Shown: piece by piece, positions 1 through 8,699 of the stretch | Numbering within the stretch: the stretch's first letter is position 1 | Layout of the letters: every line of letters begins with the position of its first letter | From: Deinococcales bacterium | GTDB taxonomy: Bacteria > Deinococcota > Deinococci > Deinococcales > JAAFIG01 | DNA length: 37,179 nucleotides | Assembly: GCA_043778225.1 (NCBI GenBank) | Contig: JAYWGM010000023.1 | Coordinates: forward strand, 1-37,179 | Direction of reading: 5' to 3' | The notes under the pieces: model-generated | The model's input: the letters and a program-made list of their open reading frames with translations, nothing else | Databases searched by the model: none | What the model was told of the DNA's origin: nothing | Program-made: the position numbers and the translations under genes

Positions 1-97
1 GATTAAACCAATTGCCATGGAAAAGGAATTGCGCTTTGCAATTCGTGAAGGTGGACGGACAGTTGGGGCTGGCGTTGTTACAGAAATTCTTGAGTAA
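1..97 (+). CDS. tuf: Elongation factor Tu, 3' end (partial)
   Basis: Frame from nt 2 reads [31 protein letters not shown], the canonical EF-Tu C-terminus; lies upstream of rpmG-secE-nusG. Confidence 0.97.
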   Translation, partial: IKPIAMEKELRFAIREGGRTVGAGVVTEILE

Positions 98-113
98 ATT
101 ACAGCTTTGTTTT

Positions 114-146
114 GGAGTGGGGATTATCCCTGCTCCTTTTCATTTT
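114..146 (+). terminator. Intrinsic terminator after tuf
   Basis: GGAGTGGGGA...TCCCTGCTCC stem (two G-U pairs) followed by TTTTCATTTT. Confidence 0.75.
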
Positions 147-252
147 GATACTATTAGCCCTGTGCAAATCCCAATAGATGTAGTACAATCTCAAAGCCCG
201 TTAGTCGGGGATTACCTCGGCACACCCCATATGGGGGAGGGAAGGAGTTATT

Positions 253-420
253 ATGGCAAAAGATGGACCACGAATTATCATCAAAATGATGTCATCCGCC
301 GGCACTGGTTTCTTTTATGCTTCCGAGAAAAACCGTCGTAACACAACGGCTAAGCTCGAGCTTAAAAAGTACGATCCAATTGCCCGTAAGCACGTTACTT
401 TCAAAGAACAAAAGATTTAA
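253..420 (+). CDS. rpmG: 50S ribosomal protein L33 (Cys-free form)
   Basis: Not in the ORF track; translates [63 protein letters not shown] upstream. Confidence 0.97.
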   Translation: MAKDGPRIIIKMMSSAGTGFFYASEKNRRNTTAKLELKKYDPIARKHVTFKEQKI

Positions 421-422
421 TC

Positions 423-614
423 ATGATCAATTACTTCCGCGAAGCGTGGGAGGAACTGAAACGTGTTTCTTGGCCAACTCGAGAAGAGGTGCTTCAGGGT
501 ACACAGACGGTTTTGCTCTTTTTGTTGATCATGACGCTGATTTTCTGGGCAATGGATGCAATTTTCCGCACCGCTCTGACCAACGGCTTATTTCGTTTGG
601 CATCGGGAGGCTGA
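423..614 (+). CDS. secE: Preprotein translocase subunit SecE
   Basis: ELKRVSWPTREE motif plus one TM helix; between rpmG and nusG. Confidence 0.95.
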   Translation: MINYFREAWEELKRVSWPTREEVLQGTQTVLLFLLIMTLIFWAMDAIFRTALTNGLFRLASGG

Positions 615-616
615 GT

Positions 617-1213
617 ATGGCGATTGAGTGGTACTCGGTTCACACTTATGTTGGGCAAGAAGACAAGGTATCCACCAATGTTGAGCAACGGGCTCGAGCT
701 TTGGGGATGTTTGGCACAAAGATTTTTCAAGTCTTGATTCCGACCGAAGAAAGCACCGAAGCGGGCAAAGTGGGTAAGGACGGCAAGAAAATTGTCGAGC
801 GCAAAAAAACCTATCAAGGGTATGTCTTTGTGCAAATGGATGTCGTTGACCCAGAAGAGCCAGATAAACTCAATGAAGCCTGGGAAACAGTGCGCGGTAC
901 GGCTGGTGTAACTGGTTTTGTTGGCACAAAAAACCCACAGCGTCCAACCGATTTGTTCCCGTTGACGATGGATGAAGTCAATAATCTCTTAAAGCAAGTC
1001 GGGATTATTGAACAAGTCAAAGCCAAAAAAGTCACCGTCAAAGCCAGCTTCAAGGAAGGCGATCAGGTCAAAGTGGTCTCTGGTCCGTTCTCGGATTTTA
1101 CGGGTGTGGTTTCGGAAGTCAATTTGGAGCGCAGCAAACTTAAAGTCTTGGTCAATATCTTTGGGCGTGAAACCCCAGTTGAACTCGAGTTTGCCCAAGT
1201 TGCAAGAAGTTAA
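617..1213 (+). CDS. nusG: Transcription termination/antitermination factor NusG
   Basis: WYSVHTYVGQE N-terminus, GVTGFVG, KOW domain ending NIFGRETPVELEFAQV; start moved to ATG 617 after SD GGAGG. Confidence 0.97.
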   Translation: MAIEWYSVHTYVGQEDKVSTNVEQRARALGMFGTKIFQVLIPTEESTEAGKVGKDGKKIVERKKTYQGYVFVQMDVVDPEEPDKLNEAWETVRGTAGVTGFVGTKNPQRPTDLFPLTMDEVNNLLKQVGIIEQVKAKKVTVKASFKEGDQVKVVSGPFSDFTGVVSEVNLERSKLKVLVNIFGRETPVELEFAQVARS

Positions 1214-1271
1214 TTTTAGATTCAAACGAGCCGCTAGAAACTACTGGCTCGAGCAACACTTCGCGTTAAGC

Positions 1272-1325
1272 ACCCATGTCCGAGATTTCAGACTCGAGTA
1301 GCGGGGAGCGAAGGAGGACAATATG
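1272..1325 (+). promoter_or_regulatory. Probable L1-binding autoregulatory leader of rplK-rplA
   Basis: TGTCC upstream can pair with GGACA at the SD; GGGGAG segment inside; position matches known L11-L1 operon leaders. Confidence 0.4.
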
Positions 1326-1757
1326 GCAAAGAAAGTAACAGGTTTCGTGAAGCTCCAGCTTCCAGCAGGCAAAGCCACGCCAGCCCCACCGGTCGGTCCG
1401 GCACTGGGTCAGCATGGTGCAAACATCATGCAGTTCTGCAAAGATTTTAATGCAGCCACCGCCAATCAGGGCGACGCGATTATCCCAGTCGAAATTACGA
1501 TTTACGCTGACCGCAGCTTTACCCTTGTGTACAAGACCCCGCCGATGAGCTACCTGATTCGTAAAGCCTCGGGGATTGCTAAGGGTTCGGGCGCACCCAA
1601 CAAAAATAAAGTTGGTAAACTCCAATGGGCGCAAGTCCTCGAGATTGCCAAGACCAAAATGCCAGACCTGACGGCTGCCAGCATTGATGCGGCTGCCGAA
1701 ACCGTGGCTGGAACGGCTCGTAGCATGGGCGTGACGATCGAAGGGAGACCATTATGA
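1323..1757 (+). CDS. rplK: 50S ribosomal protein L11
   Basis: [30 protein letters not shown]. Confidence 0.98.
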   Translation: MAKKVTGFVKLQLPAGKATPAPPVGPALGQHGANIMQFCKDFNAATANQGDAIIPVEITIYADRSFTLVYKTPPMSYLIRKASGIAKGSGAPNKNKVGKLQWAQVLEIAKTKMPDLTAASIDAAAETVAGTARSMGVTIEGRPL

Positions 1758-2443
1758 GCGGCAAGCGTTATAAGTTACTGACTGCCAAAGTGGACTCGAC
1801 CAAAAACTACGAAGCATCCGAAGCGACTGTCTTGGTCAAAACCCTCGCCAGTGCCAAGTTTGACGAAACCGTCGAGGTTCATGTCCGTCTTGGTATTGAC
1901 CCACGCAAATCCGACCAGAATGTGCGCGGCACGGTTGCTTTGCCACACGGCACAGGTCGGACAGTTCGGGTGCTTGCTTTGACCAAAGGTGATGGCATTC
2001 CAGCTGCCGAAGCGGCTGGGGCTGACTTTGTTGGCAGTGACGAGTTAATCGCTAAAATTCTTGATGGTTGGCTGGACTTTGATGCGGTCGTTGCTACGCC
2101 AGACATGATGGCAGCAATTGGCTCAAAACTTGGTCGTATCCTCGGTCCTCGTGGTTTGTTGCCAAACCCAAAGAGCGGTACAGTCGGTACAAACATCGGT
2201 GATTTGGTCAAGAGCCTTAAAGCTGGTCAAATCGAATTCCGCAACGATAAAACTGGCGTGGTTCATGCGCCAATCGGCAAGGCATCGTTTGACGCTACAA
2301 AGCTCGAGGAAAACCTCAAAGCCTTTCAAACTGCTTTAGAAGCCGCCAAACCAAGCACTGCCAAAGGCGCATTTGTCAAAAGCCTCTACTTGACTACGAC
2401 CATGGGTCCGAGTGTCAAAGTTGCCACAACCGTTGTTCGCTAA
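1754..2443 (+). CDS. rplA: 50S ribosomal protein L1
   Basis: [48 protein letters not shown]. Confidence 0.98.
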   Translation: MSGKRYKLLTAKVDSTKNYEASEATVLVKTLASAKFDETVEVHVRLGIDPRKSDQNVRGTVALPHGTGRTVRVLALTKGDGIPAAEAAGADFVGSDELIAKILDGWLDFDAVVATPDMMAAIGSKLGRILGPRGLLPNPKSGTVGTNIGDLVKSLKAGQIEFRNDKTGVVHAPIGKASFDATKLEENLKAFQTALEAAKPSTAKGAFVKSLYLTTTMGPSVKVATTVVR

Positions 2444-2454
2444 GTAACAGCACC

Positions 2455-2486
2455 AAAAGGACGAGGCTCGAGCTTCGTCCTTTTTT
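2455..2486 (+). terminator. Intrinsic terminator after rplA (CTCGAG at the apex)
   Basis: AAAAGGACGAGGC-TCGA-GCTTCGTCC followed by TTTTTT. Confidence 0.85.
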
Positions 2487-2488
2487 GT

Positions 2489-2546
2489 GGCAGCGTATAC
2501 TGCCTTTTATGGCGGCGTATACTGGGCGGCGTATACTGCCTTTATG
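2489..2546 (+). repeat. Three tandem copies of GGCRGCGTATACTG, each with a TATACT -10 box
   Basis: Copies start at 2489, 2511 and 2525. Confidence 0.85.
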
Positions 2547-3155
2547 TTTTTGCTTGACTTGTTGCTGGCGTTTGTTGCCTTTCAAATCCTGATTCGCGTC
2601 TGGTTTCGGCTTTTTCCACAACCGATTCCTTATGGCTGGTCGTGGCTGCTCGAGAATCCATGGCGCAAGGTCTACCGCAATCCAGAACGTACCGCCGACC
2701 AATGTGGCATCCAAAAAACCGATACCGTCCTCGAGATTGGTTGTGGCTCAGGCTTATTTACTCGAGCCTTGGCTTTGCGCTGTGCCAAACTGATTGTCCA
2801 AGACATCGAGCCGCGTTATGTGCAAGAAGCCAAAGCCAAAACCCAAGATTTAAGCCATCTTGAATTTATCAGCACAGATGCCTGCAAGCTCGAGCTAAGC
2901 GCTGTGGCAGACGTGATTGTCTTGATTTCGGTGCTGCCAGAAATCCCTAACCCAGTGCTGGCGCTCGAGCAGTGCCGCAAAGCCCTCAAACCAAATGGGC
3001 ATATGATTATCAGCCAAGAATTGTTTGAACCCGAGTATGTTCCTTCAAGCCAAATAGACGAATGGGCAAAAGCCGCAGGGCTAAAAGTGGTCAGTCATCA
3101 AGGGAATTTTTTGGTCTACCTGAATCGCTATGATAAAATTGCCAATGGAGATTAA
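2544..3155 (+). CDS. Class I SAM-dependent methyltransferase with N-terminal TM/signal segment
   Basis: VLEIGCGSG motif I; TATACT-N6-ATG supports a leaderless start at 2544. Confidence 0.85.
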   Translation: MFLLDLLLAFVAFQILIRVWFRLFPQPIPYGWSWLLENPWRKVYRNPERTADQCGIQKTDTVLEIGCGSGLFTRALALRCAKLIVQDIEPRYVQEAKAKTQDLSHLEFISTDACKLELSAVADVIVLISVLPEIPNPVLALEQCRKALKPNGHMIISQELFEPEYVPSSQIDEWAKAAGLKVVSHQGNFLVYLNRYDKIANGD

Positions 3156-3600
3156 AACCGACGACCTGACCGATGCTCGAGTTGCAGAATTTCTCGAGCA
3201 GCACATAAAAGATATGCGCTCAGTCTCGCCACCCGAAAGTAAGCACGCGCTTGACTTGGCTGGGCTCAAACACCCGAGCATCACTTTTTGGACAGCTTGG
3301 GAGGATGAAACCTTGGTTGGGACTGCCGCGATTAAAGAACTCGAGCCGACTCACGGCGAAATTAAATCAATGCGAACCAATCCAGCTTATCGTGGTCGAG
3401 GTATTGGCTCGAGCCTGCTGACATACCTGATGAATCAAGCCAAAGCTCGAGGCTACCAGCGCTTGAGTTTAGAAACGGGGGCAATGCCATTTTTTGCCCC
3501 CGCTAGAAATTTATATGCTAGGCATGGATTTGTTGTCTGTGAGCCGTTTGCAGATTATAATGCAGACCCTAACAGTGTTTTTATGACCATAAAACCATAA
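3145..3600 (+). CDS. GNAT family N-acetyltransferase
   Basis: GEIKSMRT, YRGRGIG, LSLETG, LYARHGF; TAAAAT-N5-ATG. Confidence 0.9.
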   Translation: MEIKTDDLTDARVAEFLEQHIKDMRSVSPPESKHALDLAGLKHPSITFWTAWEDETLVGTAAIKELEPTHGEIKSMRTNPAYRGRGIGSSLLTYLMNQAKARGYQRLSLETGAMPFFAPARNLYARHGFVVCEPFADYNADPNSVFMTIKP

Positions 3601-3678
3601 GCCGTCAAACTCGCCAGATGTTTCAAAACCAGTGCTACCTTATCTAATGTTATACTGCGCCCATCCGGAGGTACACAT

Positions 3679-4923
3679 ATGGCTGTTCGTACATTAGGCA
3701 TGATTCTCGCAGGGGGTCAAGGCTCGAGGCTTGCTCCTTTAACATCTAAGCGTTCCAAACCAGCAGTCCCGTTTGGTGCAAAGTACCGCATTATTGACTT
3801 TGCGATTAACAATTTTATCAACTCCGAGATTTACAGCATTTATGTGCTGACCCAGTACAAAGCCCAATCCTTGACCGAACATATTCAGCGTGGTTGGCGA
3901 TTTGGTTCGTTCTTATCTGATTACTTTATTACCCTTGTTCCCGCCCAACAATACCGCTTCGAGGAGCTTGGCGCGGTTTGGTATCGTGGCACTGCTGATG
4001 CGATTTGGCAAAATATGCACCTGATCGAAAACTATAAAGCCGACTGCATTGCTATTTTTAGTGGCGACCATATTTATAAAATGAACGTAGACCACATGAT
4101 TCAAGAACATATGGATTCTCGAGCCGATGTCAGCATTGCGGCTTTTCCTGTGCCACTCGAGGAAGCCAGTCGTTTTGGGGTACTTGGGGTGGATGACCGC
4201 AGCCGAATTACCGAATTCCAAGAAAAACCAAAAAATCCATTCCCAATGCCCGGAAAGCCCGACATGGCACTCGCCAGCATGGGCAATTATATTTTTAGCC
4301 GTAAAGCCCTCGAGGATTTACTCGATTTAGATGCTCGAGACGACAACTCGAGCAAGGACTTTGGCAAGGACGTGCTGCCACGTGGTCTGCGCGATGGCTA
4401 TCATTTACACGCTTACGATTTTTTCAAGAACCCAATTCCTGGCACAGACCGCCCAAATACGTATTGGAAAGATGTTGGAACACTGGATGCCTACCACGAA
4501 GCCAGCATGGAACTGATTTCGGTCAATCCAGAATTTGATTTGTACAACCCTGAATGGCCACTGCGTACCGTCAACGCCGATAGTCCCCCCGCCAAGTTTG
4601 TCCACGAATCTGGCGACCGCACCGGACGCGCCCTCAACAGCCTTGTGGCTGGTGGTGTAATTATTTCTGGTGGCACAGTGCGAGATTCGGTGCTTTTTCG
4701 CCGCGCTCGAGTCAATTCGTATTCTTTGGTGCATCGCAGCGTACTGTTTGATGAAGTCGAAGTTGGGCGCAACTGCATTATTCAAAATGCAATTCTTGAC
4801 AAAGACGTAATCGTGCCATCTGGAACAAAAATTGGGGTCAATCTCGAGGAAGACCGTGCCAGAGGCTTTAAGATTACTGATAAAGGTGTGGTTATCGTTC
4901 CTAAAGGCTATAGGTTTGAGTAA
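3679..4923 (+). CDS. glgC: Glucose-1-phosphate adenylyltransferase
   Basis: [51 protein letters not shown]. Confidence 0.97.
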   Translation: MAVRTLGMILAGGQGSRLAPLTSKRSKPAVPFGAKYRIIDFAINNFINSEIYSIYVLTQYKAQSLTEHIQRGWRFGSFLSDYFITLVPAQQYRFEELGAVWYRGTADAIWQNMHLIENYKADCIAIFSGDHIYKMNVDHMIQEHMDSRADVSIAAFPVPLEEASRFGVLGVDDRSRITEFQEKPKNPFPMPGKPDMALASMGNYIFSRKALEDLLDLDARDDNSSKDFGKDVLPRGLRDGYHLHAYDFFKNPIPGTDRPNTYWKDVGTLDAYHEASMELISVNPEFDLYNPEWPLRTVNADSPPAKFVHESGDRTGRALNSLVAGGVIISGGTVRDSVLFRRARVNSYSLVHRSVLFDEVEVGRNCIIQNAILDKDVIVPSGTKIGVNLEEDRARGFKITDKGVVIVPKGYRFE

Positions 4924-5308
4924 AAAATTCTTCTGTCCAATAGTTGTGCGGTTTTCTGACCTTGATATGCTGGGTCATGTCAATAATGCAGTCTTTTTTT
5001 CGTACACCGAATTTGCGCGGCTCGAGTTCTTTGGGCATCTTGGGATTACCGACCAAGCCTTTCCAAGTTGTTTACTGGCTCGAGTTGTGGCGAACCATCT
5101 AAAAGCTGTTCATTACGGCGATGTTGTGCTGATTACAACTTGGGTCTCGAGAGTGGGGCATAAAAGTTTTGCTGTAAACCACGAGGTTTTTGCCAATCAG
5201 ATTCTTTGTGCGACTTTTCAGACGGTACTGGTTTGGTACGACCACGACAGCAAAAGCAGTTTGCCTGTGCCAGATGCGGCAAGGGCAAAATTGCTCGAGT
5301 ATGCTTAG
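4916..5308 (+). CDS. Acyl-CoA thioesterase (4HBT/YbgC hot-dog family)
   Basis: [17 protein letters not shown] motif; probable TTG start overlapping the glgC end. Confidence 0.85.
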   Translation: MSKKFFCPIVVRFSDLDMLGHVNNAVFFSYTEFARLEFFGHLGITDQAFPSCLLARVVANHLKAVHYGDVVLITTWVSRVGHKSFAVNHEVFANQILCATFQTVLVWYDHDSKSSLPVPDAARAKLLEYA

Positions 5309-5475
5309 AGACAAAAAGTAGTTCAAGGCTACGGCATTCGGCTACTCATTTTTAATCCAGAACTCGAGGTGATAACGGCAGGGCATTAAGTTCTAGCATT
5401 CCATTTGCGAACCTAAGCGATTTTCAAAAAGCCATAACCACAACTGACGTTATATAGGTTCGTAATACCAAAATT

Positions 5476-5509
5476 AGAAAAGCGCAACCCAAAACGGGTT
5501 GCGCTTTCT
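5476..5509. terminator. Terminator for amt (likely bidirectional)
   Basis: AAAGCGCAACCC-AAAAC-GGGTTGCGCTTT hairpin between convergent genes. Confidence 0.85.
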
Positions 5510-5522
5510 CCCGAGTTAGAAT

Positions 5523-6968
5523 TTAATCGCCAGCCACCGCTTTTGAGACTGGAACACTCAAGGTCACACTCGAGCCAATCGAACCCGTACCAAGGGTCAC
5601 ACCATATTCGCCGCCATGGTAGCCGGATTCGCCGTGGTCGGCAAGGTCAAGCCCTTGTTCTTCGTCGCGGCTGTCTGGGCGCAGTCCCATGACGGCTTTT
5701 AAGGCATACATCAGCACCGCAGTACCAACGGCTGCCACAACCACTGCAAAGCCCACACCACCGAGTTGCTTGAGCATCTGTTCGCCGTTACCCTCGAGTA
5801 AACCACTGCCGAGGCTGTTGATGCTTTTTTGAGCAAACACACCCGTCAAAAGCGCACCTGTAATTCCGCCGATACCATGGCAAGCAAAAACATCTAAGGA
5901 ATCATCAAGGTTTAAGCGGTTTTTGATTTGAATTGCACCAAAAGAAACGGCTGCTGCAATTGCCCCAATAGCGATACTTGCCATTGGACCAACAAAACCA
6001 GCCGCAGGAGTAATAGCCACCAAGCCCACCACTGCACCTGTAGCAGCACCAACCGCACTGACGTGACCAGTCTTAACAATCTCGAGGATGCTCCAGATGA
6101 CCATGGCTGTGGCTGCTGCAATATGAGTAACCATAAAGGCATTGGTTGCGAGGCTACCGCCAGCCGCGACTGCACTGCCGCCGTTAAAGCCAAACCAGCC
6201 AAACCAGAGTAAGCCAGCCCCAAGAAGCACAAACGGAACATTGTGCGGTGCCATTGCAACCCGCCCAAAGCCACGGCGTGGTCCAAGAATCATGGCAGCG
6301 ACCAGTGCCGAAACACCAGCCGTGATATGAACTACTGTGCCACCAGCAAAGTCGAGTGCGCCCCACTTAAACAAGAAGCCATCCGGCGACCAAACAGCGT
6401 GGCAAACTGGCACATAGACCACCAAAAGCCATAGGGCAATAAAAACCAAGTAGGTCTTAAATTTCATGCGCTCGATAATCGCACCGCTAATTAAAGCTGG
6501 AGTAATAATCGCAAACATCATTTGGAAAATCATAAACAAGCTGTTTGGGATGGTTGGCGCAGTTGGATACGCCGATAAACCATCTATGCCATTCATAAAA
6601 GCATATTGGAAGCTACCAAGGATACCAGGAATAAAGTTCGGGTCTTTGTCGTGGGTAAAAGCAAGGCTAAAACCAATCGTAACCCAAAGAATCGTGACCA
6701 CGCCAAGTGCGATATAAGACATCATCATCGTGTTGAGCGAATTTTTAGAGCGCACCAAGCCACCATAGAAAAACGCCAAGCCCGGAGTCATCAGCATCAC
6801 CAATGCCGTTGAAACCAACAGCCAAGCGGTGTCGCCAGTATCGGCTGCCCAAGGTGCGGCTTCCTGCGCCAGTGCAAGACTCGAGAATCCCAAAAGCATC
6901 GGCAGTACGAGTTTCCACATCGGCGTTACGAGTTTCCACATCGGCGTTATTCGTTTCCAGTTTTTCAT
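5523..6968 (-). CDS. amtB: Ammonium transporter Amt
   Basis: DTAWLLVSTALVMLMTPGLAFFYGG, DFAGGTVVH, WFGWFGFN, DDSLDVFACHG; SD AAGGGGG before ATG 6968. Confidence 0.96.
   Translation of the reverse strand: MKNWKRITPMWKLVTPMWKLVLPMLLGFSSLALAQEAAPWAADTGDTAWLLVSTALVMLMTPGLAFFYGGLVRSKNSLNTMMMSYIALGVVTILWVTIGFSLAFTHDKDPNFIPGILGSFQYAFMNGIDGLSAYPTAPTIPNSLFMIFQMMFAIITPALISGAIIERMKFKTYLVFIALWLLVVYVPVCHAVWSPDGFLFKWGALDFAGGTVVHITAGVSALVAAMILGPRRGFGRVAMAPHNVPFVLLGAGLLWFGWFGFNGGSAVAAGGSLATNAFMVTHIAAATAMVIWSILEIVKTGHVSAVGAATGAVVGLVAITPAAGFVGPMASIAIGAIAAAVSFGAIQIKNRLNLDDSLDVFACHGIGGITGALLTGVFAQKSINSLGSGLLEGNGEQMLKQLGGVGFAVVVAAVGTAVLMYALKAVMGLRPDSRDEEQGLDLADHGESGYHGGEYGVTLGTGSIGSSVTLSVPVSKAVAGD
6906..6947. 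repeat. Exact 21-bp in-frame tandem duplication in the amt signal peptide
   Basis: TACGAGTTTCCACATCGGCGT x2, giving TPMWKLV twice. Confidence 0.95.
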
Positions 6969-7127
6969 GTATGCCCCCTTGATGCGCCAAAAGCGCGGCT
7001 GAATGGCGGAAGTATAAACAGCAATTTGCAAACTGTCAAGATAAAGCAGTCTATTTGAACAAAATTACTTTACATTTAGGCATACTTGATTAAGACTAGG
7101 GGTAATGTGTCGAGATGTTGTGTCAAA

Positions 7128-7147
7128 TGTACAATAAAAGTTGTACA
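7128..7147. promoter_or_regulatory. Candidate operator palindrome between divergent amt and PII
   Basis: TGTACAA-N6-TTGTACA perfect inverted repeat. Confidence 0.5.
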
Positions 7148-7233
7148 CTCTGCAAAACTGAATTCAACTAGCATCTGCTCGAGTTCAGGCGGTAAACTTC
7201 TCAGGCACACCGCAAAATTTTAGGAGGAAGTCC

Positions 7234-7584
7234 ATGAAATTAATTGTTGCAATTATCCGCCCCGAGAAACTCGATGATGTCAAAGCTGAGTTGTTCAAAG
7301 AAGAGGTGACTGGTCTGACCATTTCTCGAGTCTCTGGTCATGGTGGCGAAAAAGAACACCTTGAGACCTACCGAGGTCGCCCCTTGGTTTTTGAATTCCA
7401 CGAAAAAGTTCGTCTCGAGATTGCCGTCTCTGAGCCATTTGTCGAACGCACCGTCCAAGCCATTGTCCGCAGCGCTCGCAGTGGCGCGGTTGGCGACGGA
7501 AAAATCTTTGTCCAGCCACTCGAGCGCGTGATACGAATCCGCACTGGTGAATCGGACAACGCCGCCCTAACCCCTGTGAGCTAA
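7234..7584 (+). CDS. glnK: Nitrogen regulatory protein P-II (GlnK/GlnB)
   Basis: MKLIVAIIRPEKL, TYRG T-loop, GDGKIFV, RIRTGE; SD AGGAGG. Confidence 0.93.
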   Translation: MKLIVAIIRPEKLDDVKAELFKEEVTGLTISRVSGHGGEKEHLETYRGRPLVFEFHEKVRLEIAVSEPFVERTVQAIVRSARSGAVGDGKIFVQPLERVIRIRTGESDNAALTPVS

Positions 7585-7587
7585 AAG

Positions 7588-7702
7588 CAGGGTTAAAAGT
7601 AGAAAAGTAAAAAAGGTTAAAAGTAAATGCACATCACTTTTAACCTTTTAACCTTTTAACCTTTTAACCTTGCCCTTGCCCTTTAACCCTGCCCTTCGCC
7701 CT
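7588..7702. repeat. Inverted array of octamer repeats between convergent genes
   Basis: GGTTAAAA-like x4 (7591-7622) facing TTTTAACC x4 (7638-7669), then TTGCCC-like units. Confidence 0.85.
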
Positions 7703-8059
7703 TTACATCTTCCCTTCTGAACGCAGTGCAGCCAGGGTTTCGGCACGGTCTGGGATTCTGGGAGTTTCGGGCTGCATTGATTTTTGCTTAGCTAGGGTGT
7801 TCTCGAGTTCTCGGATGCGTTTGTTCATGCGGCGCATTTGGGTCGAGCGACGCACAATGCTTGGCATGGTTAAAAGTAAACCGTACAATAAACCGGTTAA
7901 AAAGCTCAGCAAAATCACCAGACTGACTGGACTCGAGAAACGCCCAAGAATCCATGTCTCGAGAGTCACAAAGACACTGGCATTGTTGAGGTGAACCACA
8001 GCCAAGTAGATGCCACCGAGGATGAGGAGCGCGACTTGAAGGTATTGCAAGGCTTTCAT
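7703..8059 (-). CDS. LapA (DUF1049)-like membrane protein
   Basis: TM-NNxxVxV-(P)-TM-coiled-coil architecture; TACAAT-N7-ATG leaderless start. Confidence 0.7.
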   Translation of the reverse strand: MKALQYLQVALLILGGIYLAVVHLNNASVFVTLETWILGRFSSPVSLVILLSFLTGLLYGLLLTMPSIVRRSTQMRRMNKRIRELENTLAKQKSMQPETPRIPDRAETLAALRSEGKM

Positions 8060-8084
8060 TGCTGCTATTGTAGTATAAATTGTG

Positions 8085-8177
8085 ATGAAAAGATTGCTGA
8101 TGGTGCTGTTGGGTGTTTTAGCGCTTGGCTCGGCTCGAGCCGAAGCGTATTTTAGATTGGGCTTAAATTTTCGGTAA
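8085..8177 (+). CDS. 30-aa putative secreted peptide or OMP remnant
   Basis: MKRLLMVLLGVLALGSARA|EAYFRLGLNFR*: Sec signal with AxA cleavage site; TAGTAT box 8 nt upstream. Confidence 0.55.
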   Translation: MKRLLMVLLGVLALGSARAEAYFRLGLNFR

Positions 8178-8180
8178 ATC

Positions 8181-8690
8181 ATGAAGGTTTTAGGGTCAAA
8201 CAGCCTTTTGGCTCGAGTCAATCGTTTACTTAGAGCCATGCGTCTCGAGTTTGCTAAGCCTGACGACGCTTGGGCTGCCTCATACCTCAGTATTTTTGAA
8301 TACCGTGTCTATGCCAAGATGGATGCTCGAGACCGCGAACACGCGGTTCGGGTAGCGCAAAGGTTGTTGCGACTCAAGCCCGACTCGAGCCAAATTCTGA
8401 TTCGGGCAGCCCTGTTGCACGATTGCGGCAAACAAGTTCGGGCATACCGTTGGCGTGAACGCATCTGGGCGGGTTTACAAACCATTCCAAAACTCGATTT
8501 TGACCAAGCGATGCGAAAAAAAACGCCTTTAACCGCGCTCGAAGTTCGGGCATTACATCCACAACTTGGCGCAATGCTGATTCGGTCGGCTGGAGGCGAG
8601 GCTCGAGTTGCCGAGATTGTCGAACGCCACCATTTGCCTTTGGATGATGCCGATGCAGCTTGGATTCACGCCGTAGATGAACTCGAGTAG
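8181..8690 (+). CDS. HD-domain metal-dependent phosphohydrolase
   Basis: REHAVRV, LLHDCGK, HPQLGA, HH, terminal D. Confidence 0.85.
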   Translation: MKVLGSNSLLARVNRLLRAMRLEFAKPDDAWAASYLSIFEYRVYAKMDARDREHAVRVAQRLLRLKPDSSQILIRAALLHDCGKQVRAYRWRERIWAGLQTIPKLDFDQAMRKKTPLTALEVRALHPQLGAMLIRSAGGEARVAEIVERHHLPLDDADAAWIHAVDELE

Positions 8691-8699
8691 ACTCAAGTC

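Noticed and set aside
98..252. Possible tRNA or riboswitch between tuf and rpmG
   Set aside because: No cloverleaf or T-loop (GTTCRA) signature; only a terminator, a TACAAT box and short hairpins
12..341. 109-aa ORF, and the 5' extension of the 317..1213 ORF
   Set aside because: They overlap tuf, rpmG and secE in other frames; nusG homology starts at 617
5309..5475. Intergenic stretch with GCGAACCT/AGGTTCGT inverted repeat
   Set aside because: Short imperfect arms, no second copy and no credible ORF
7234..7584. PII lacking the uridylylated Tyr51
   Set aside because: Known property of Thermus-type PII proteins; not novel
7588..7702. CRISPR array or telomere-like repeat
   Set aside because: No spacers, 8-nt unit and no cas genes; no CRISPR array seen anywhere in the window
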